Below, piece after piece: positions 59,300 through 64,000 of a stretch of DNA of 64,000 bases. Both the position numbers and the translations under genes were made by a program. The first letter of the stretch is position 1; each line of letters starts with the position of its first letter. Source of the DNA: an uncultured delta proteobacterium (lineage in GTDB: Bacteria > Myxococcota > Kuafuiibacteriia > Kuafuiibacteriales > Kuafuiibacteriaceae); contig CAWDML010000001.1 in assembly GCA_963803435.1 (NCBI GenBank), forward strand, positions 1,184,001-1,248,000, in the 5' to 3' direction. The notes under the pieces are model-generated. The model did not search any database and was not told where the DNA came from. It saw only the letters and a list, made by a program, of their open reading frames with translations.

Positions 59300-59896
59300 T
59301 CACGCGGGCCGCGTCCGATAGACGGCCCAGCGTCGTGAGGCGGCGGCGGGCTCGAGCCACCAGACTCGATCGAGCACGTCTCGATGGACGGGCTCGAAGT
59401 ACAGGATCCAGATCTCGCGCGGGTGGGCCTCGAAGGAGCGACCGAGGTTCGCGATGACCCGCTTCACCACGGGCGCCCCGAACGGGTTGTACATGAAGAC
59501 CATCAGCGGACCGTCCGGAAACTCGAACGCCGCCGCGTCGTCGAGCACGCAGCCGAGGTGGCGGCAGCGCTGCCAGGGCGCTGAGAAGCTGCGCAGGTTG
59601 TCCTGGGCGGTTCGCCAGAGGGCCTCCGAGAGCTCGACGCCGAGGATGCGCTCGAAGGGATGGGCCGAGGCGAGACAGAGCACACGACCCTTGCCCGCGC
59701 CCAGATCGACGAAGGTGAAGCGCTCGAACGCCACGTCGGCGTCGAGCAGCATGTCTTCGAAGATGTCCGGCGGCGTCGGTTGATAGTCGCGGGCGTCGCG
59801 CGCACGGGCGCCGGCGAGCCCCAAGGTCTGGGCGCTGACCGTACGGCTGGTCCGGATGCCGAGCGCTCGGTCGGAATAGTCGCGGCGGCGCACCAT
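59300..59896 (-). CDS. Class I SAM-dependent methyltransferase (DOT1-like)
   Basis: YQPTP, FVDLGAGKGRV, GVELS, FMYNPF. Confidence 0.82.
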   Translation of the reverse strand: MVRRRDYSDRALGIRTSRTVSAQTLGLAGARARDARDYQPTPPDIFEDMLLDADVAFERFTFVDLGAGKGRVLCLASAHPFERILGVELSEALWRTAQDNLRSFSAPWQRCRHLGCVLDDAAAFEFPDGPLMVFMYNPFGAPVVKRVIANLGRSFEAHPREIWILYFEPVHRDVLDRVWWLEPAAASRRWAVYRTRPA

Positions 59897-59903
59897 AGCC
59901 AGG

Positions 59904-60425
59904 TCAGCCGAACGCGGCCTGGAGCTCCGAGCGCTGGCCCTCGTCGAGGTTGTAGCTATTGTCCAGCACCTGGGCCGGGAGCCCCTCGCCCGAGTGTTCG
60001 ACCGCGCAGCCCACGTGAAGGTATCCGGCGCTCTTCGACACGAACGTGCCGGTGTCGACCTCGCGCTCGACGGCCACCCGGAGTTGGCCCTTCTCGATCA
60101 TCTGCTCGCACTGCATGCACTTGGAGCGGCCGGAGGGCGCGACCTCGGCGTATGGGAACGGCGGCTTCGTCTTCTTCTTGCCCTCGGCGATGGCCTTCTC
60201 GACCTCGGCGCGGTTGGGGATGTCACCGTCGTACGCTTTGATCAGCTTCTCCAGCTGCATCGGCTCCACGAAGGCGCCGCACTCGAGGTGGTACCAGCGA
60301 TAGCTGGGCTCCTCGCCGTACTGCATGTCGGACTCGACGCCGAACCGCAGCGCACCCTTTTCGATCTTGTTCTTGCACTTGCGGCACGAAGCGCGGCCGG
60401 ACTTCGAAGTCTCGATGACGCTCAT
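59904..60425 (-). CDS. Tandem PARP-type zinc finger protein
   Basis: ETSKSGRASCRKCKNKIEKGALR...WYHLEC and EVAPSGRSKCMQCEQMIEKGQLR...YLHVGC. Confidence 0.85.
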   Translation of the reverse strand: MSVIETSKSGRASCRKCKNKIEKGALRFGVESDMQYGEEPSYRWYHLECGAFVEPMQLEKLIKAYDGDIPNRAEVEKAIAEGKKKTKPPFPYAEVAPSGRSKCMQCEQMIEKGQLRVAVEREVDTGTFVSKSAGYLHVGCAVEHSGEGLPAQVLDNSYNLDEGQRSELQAAFG

Positions 60426-60458
60426 GGAGCCAGAGAGATCGAGGATCGGAGGTCCAAG

Positions 60459-61436
60459 TCAAGCGCGGCGAAGCGCGTTGTCGACGACCATCCGCACCAT
60501 CCGCTCGAAGTCGATTCCTGCCACGGCCGCCGCCTGGGGGAGGAGCGAGGTCCCGGTCAACCCGGGGATGGTGTTGGTCTCCAGGATCACCGGACCGCCG
60601 GCGCCCAGCATGAAGTCGGAGCGGGAGAAGTCCCGACAGCCGAGCGCGCGATGGGCTCGGAGGGCCAGGCGCTGGACCTCGTCCCGGACCGGGTCGGGGA
60701 TGCGCGCCGGTGTGATCTCTTCGCTGGCCCCGGGCGTGTACTTCGCCTCGTAGTCGAAGAACTCGTACTTGGTGTTCGGCACGATCTCGGTGACGGGGAG
60801 CGGGAAGGTCCGCCCCTCCGCGTCGTTCGACAGCACGCCGCAGGTGAGCTCCTTGCCCTTCACGAAGCGTTCGATCAGCACCTCGTCGCCGCCGTCGATC
60901 AACGCCCCGACGGCCCTGTCGAGCTCGCTCCGATCCTTCGGGAACGACACTCCGTAGCTCGAGCCGTTGCAGAGGGGTTTGATCACGCAAGGGAAGCCGA
61001 GCTCGGCGGCCTCCGTCAACTTCGCTTGCAGATCATCGTGGCGCGAGATCGAGACCGACGGCGAGATCGGAAAGCCGTGAACCTGGTAGATCCACTTCGC
61101 CCGCATCTTGTCCATGGCCAGCCCGCTCGCCGCGGGTCCAGAGCCGGTGTACGGGAGGCCGCAGGCCTCGAGGAGGCCCTGCACGGTCCCGTCCTCGCCG
61201 AACGGACCGTGGAGCGCGATGAAGACCACGTCGGCGCACTCGCGTAGCCGATCGATCGCGGACCCGATCGTCGGCGCCGGATCGCCTGCGATCACCCAGC
61301 GTCCGGATCGCTCGATCTCGACCGGCACCGCCTGATCGCGGAGGGCCCGGAGGACCTGGCGGCCGCTGTTGAGGGAGACGTCGTGCTCGAAGCTGGGCCC
61401 GCCCATGAGGACGGCCACGCGGGGTGTCTGGGACAT
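60459..61436 (-). CDS. ddl: D-alanine--D-alanine ligase
   Basis: GGPSFEHDVSLNSG, ALHGPFGEDGTVQG, GSSYGV, FDYEAKY, ETNTIPG. Confidence 0.95.
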   Translation of the reverse strand: MSQTPRVAVLMGGPSFEHDVSLNSGRQVLRALRDQAVPVEIERSGRWVIAGDPAPTIGSAIDRLRECADVVFIALHGPFGEDGTVQGLLEACGLPYTGSGPAASGLAMDKMRAKWIYQVHGFPISPSVSISRHDDLQAKLTEAAELGFPCVIKPLCNGSSYGVSFPKDRSELDRAVGALIDGGDEVLIERFVKGKELTCGVLSNDAEGRTFPLPVTEIVPNTKYEFFDYEAKYTPGASEEITPARIPDPVRDEVQRLALRAHRALGCRDFSRSDFMLGAGGPVILETNTIPGLTGTSLLPQAAAVAGIDFERMVRMVVDNALRRA

Positions 61437-61530
61437 CGGCCGGAAGATGCTGCAATCGACGGACCGCCGCAAGATGGCGCCCGCATGCGCCCGGGCGGGT
61501 GCCGGGGACCACGCGCCGGCGTGGTGGAGG

Positions 61531-62871
61531 CTACCGCATGCCACGCATCAGGTTCTGGAGCCCGGACGGCCCGAGCTTCGCCATCCGCTTCATCATCTTC
61601 CGCGCATCCTTGAAGCGCTTGAGGAACGCGTTCACGTCCTGGAGCGAGACCCCGCAGCCGCCCGCGATCCGCTTCCGCCGCGAGGTGTTGATGATGTCCG
61701 GCTTCTGGCGCTCGCCGGGCGTCATCGAGCTGATGATCGCCTCGATGCGCCGCATCTCCTTCTCCGGATCCGGACCTTGATTCCCCAGCTTCTTCAGCGC
61801 CTGGGAGACACCCGGGATCATCGAGAGCAGATCCTTCATGTCGCCCATCTTCTTGACCATCTGCATCTGCTCGCGGAAGTCGTCGAGCGTGAACTCGTCC
61901 TTCCGCATCTTCTTGGCCATCGCCTTGGCCTGCTTCTCGTCGTAGGCCTGCGTGGTCTTCTCGATCAGCGACATGACGTCGCCCATGCCGAGGATGCGCT
62001 GCGCGATGCGGTCGGGGTGGAAGACCTCGAGGGCGTCCATCTTCTCGCCGATGCCCGCGAAGTAGACGGGCGCTCCGGTGATGTGGCGGACCGAGAGCGC
62101 CGCACCACCGCGGGCGTCGCCGTCCAGCTTGGTCATCACGACGCCGTCGATCCCGATCTGGTTCCGGAACTCGGTCGCCACGTTGACCGCGTCCTGGCCC
62201 GTCATCGCGTCCACCACCAGGAGCGTGTAGTGGGGCGAGAGCAGCTCCTTGACCTCGCGCAGCTCCTCCATCAGCTCGACGTCGATCGCGAGGCGGCCGG
62301 CGGTGTCGACGATGACCACGTCCTGTCCCTGACGATCGGCGGTGGCGATCGCGCCGTCGGCGACGTCCTTGACCTTGCTGCCGGCCTGCGTGGGATAGCA
62401 GTCGATCCCGACCTGCCCGGCGAGCGTCTCGAGCTGCTTGATCGCGGCCGGGCGCTGGAGGTCCGCGGGTACCAGCAGCGGCTTGCGCCCCAGCCCCTTG
62501 AGACGGAGCGCCAGCTTCGCGGAGGTGGTGGTCTTGCCGGAGCCCTGGAGGCCCATCATCAAGATGACGATCGGCGGCTTCTTCTTGAGGTCGAGCTCGA
62601 CCGCGGCGCCGCCCATCGTCTTGGTGAGCTCCTCGGCGACGATGCGGACGAAGTCGTGGCCCGGGGACAGCGACGTCGTGACCTCGCGTCCGAGGGCCCG
62701 CTCCTTGACGCTCTCGATGAAGTCCTTGACGACCTTGAAGTGAACGTCGGCCTCGAGCAGTGAGAGCCGCACGTCTCTCAGCGCGTCCTTGATGTTGGTT
62801 TCGGTCAGGGTCCCGTGGCCGCGGATCTTCTTGATGACGGCGGAAAACCTGTCCTCGAGGGCGTCAAACAC
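61531..62871 (-). CDS. ffh: Signal recognition particle protein
   Basis: LLEADV, GLQGSGKTT, DTAGR, TKLDGDARGG, RILGMGD, SMTPGER. Confidence 0.98.
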   Translation of the reverse strand: MFDALEDRFSAVIKKIRGHGTLTETNIKDALRDVRLSLLEADVHFKVVKDFIESVKERALGREVTTSLSPGHDFVRIVAEELTKTMGGAAVELDLKKKPPIVILMMGLQGSGKTTTSAKLALRLKGLGRKPLLVPADLQRPAAIKQLETLAGQVGIDCYPTQAGSKVKDVADGAIATADRQGQDVVIVDTAGRLAIDVELMEELREVKELLSPHYTLLVVDAMTGQDAVNVATEFRNQIGIDGVVMTKLDGDARGGAALSVRHITGAPVYFAGIGEKMDALEVFHPDRIAQRILGMGDVMSLIEKTTQAYDEKQAKAMAKKMRKDEFTLDDFREQMQMVKKMGDMKDLLSMIPGVSQALKKLGNQGPDPEKEMRRIEAIISSMTPGERQKPDIINTSRRKRIAGGCGVSLQDVNAFLKRFKDARKMMKRMAKLGPSGLQNLMRGMR

Positions 62872-62911
62872 CCCGGCAAGTTAGCGGAGATGAGCCCGAT
62901 CTTCCAAGCGA

Positions 62912-64000
62912 CTAAATCTTCCCCAAGAGTCCCCGGCTCATCACGACCTTCTGGATCTCGGTGGTCCCCTCGTAGATCCGGAGCGCACGGATGTCTCGAT
63001 AGAGCCGTTCGACCGCGTTGCCACGGCGGACGCCCTGCCCTCCGAAGACCTGCACCGCGCGATCGATCGTGCGCTGGGCCGCCTCGGTGGCGAACATCTT
63101 GGCTGCGCTCGCATACAGCCCCGCCATCGGATCGCTCCGCTCGTGGGCGAGCGCAGCGCGATAGACCAGGAGCCGGCCGGCCTCCAGCTCGGTCCAGCCG
63201 TCCGCCAGCATCGCGCCGATCTGCTGGAATGCGCCGATCGGCTTGCCGAACTGCCGGCGGCTCCGCGCCCGCTCGACGGCCTCCCGGAGCGCGCGGGTCG
63301 CCATCCCGTTGGCCGCGGCGCCGACCGTCGCCCGGAAATGATCGAGCGTCTTCATCGCGATCTTGAAGCCTTCGCCCTCGTCGCCGAGGCGGTTCGACAC
63401 GGGGACGCGGGCGCCCTCGAACGCGATCTCCCCGCACGGATGCGGGGCCACCAGCTCGTAGCGCTCGACGAGGCGGACCCGGTCCTCGGGGACCACGATC
63501 GCGGAGAGCCCGCGGGCGCCCTCTCCGCCGGTGCGAACGATGGCGACGTAGAAGTCGGCGATGCCGGCGTTCGTGATGAAGCACTTCCGGCCTTCGAGGA
63601 CATAGTCGTCTCCGTCGCGCCGGGCCGTCGACGCAATCGACGCGACGTCGCTGCCCGCCTCCGGCTCGGTGATCGCGATGGCGGCGATCGCCTCGCCGCG
63701 CTCCACCCGCTCCTGCCACTCGGCCTTTTGCGCGGCGTCACCCGCCAGCGCGATCGGGCCGTAGCCGAGGCCCTGGAGCGCCAGCATCGAGTCCGCCAAC
63801 CCGCTGCCGGCCGCGACCACCTCGCGGAGAAGGCAGATCGAGGTCACGTCGAGGGCAGTGCACGCGGAGAGGAGGCCCGCCTCGCCCATCGCTCGGGTCA
63901 TCGCGAGCGCGGCCTGGTCGGAGTCGTCGTGCTCGCGGGGTGCGATCTCGCGCTCGACCACCTCGCGCGCCCGCTTCTCGAGGTCGCGCAGCGACGCCGG
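62912..64000 (-). CDS. Acyl-CoA dehydrogenase (5' truncated by window edge)
   Basis: [45 protein letters not shown]. Confidence 0.93.
   Translation of the reverse strand, partial: PASLRDLEKRAREVVEREIAPREHDDSDQAALAMTRAMGEAGLLSACTALDVTSICLLREVVAAGSGLADSMLALQGLGYGPIALAGDAAQKAEWQERVERGEAIAAIAITEPEAGSDVASIASTARRDGDDYVLEGRKCFITNAGIADFYVAIVRTGGEGARGLSAIVVPEDRVRLVERYELVAPHPCGEIAFEGARVPVSNRLGDEGEGFKIAMKTLDHFRATVGAAANGMATRALREAVERARSRRQFGKPIGAFQQIGAMLADGWTELEAGRLLVYRAALAHERSDPMAGLYASAAKMFATEAAQRTIDRAVQVFGGQGVRRGNAVERLYRDIRALRIYEGTTEIQKVVMSRGLLGKI

Overview
GC-rich chromosomal window with a myxobacterial (Myxococcota-like) gene repertoire: Ser/Thr kinases, FHA proteins, sigma54 activators, and PEGA and FG-GAP proteins. 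Housekeeping genes include hisS, mutS, queG, msrA, ddl, ffh and an amiC-like amidase. Also present are a LigC/primase-polymerase repair pair, a TPR-lipoprotein-associated TRAP transporter, a split bufferin-like (MNIO/DUF692) RiPP locus and several glycosyltransferases. The most striking feature is an element of about 2 kb present twice in inverted orientation (17914-19884 and 57279-59290), each copy flanked by CTAG. It carries an IS1182-family transposase and a divergent four-helix-bundle (Avd/IVS-like) passenger gene. Both sit inside 65-66 bp inverted ends made of a hairpin plus (GGTCCC)n repeats, and the two copies have complementary lesions. Other oddities: an orphan FlgM-like mini-gene with a sigma28-type promoter, a tandem pair of AAA+-less Fis-HTH regulators, a histone-H1-like/receiver fusion, a tandem PARP zinc-finger protein next to a DOT1-like methyltransferase, and a Tlde1-like effector. 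Five frameshifts map to one hexamer (AGATCG/CGATCT) and are probably methylation-linked sequencing errors. No rRNA, tRNA or CRISPR array was seen. All family assignments come from motif recognition by eye, not from database searches.
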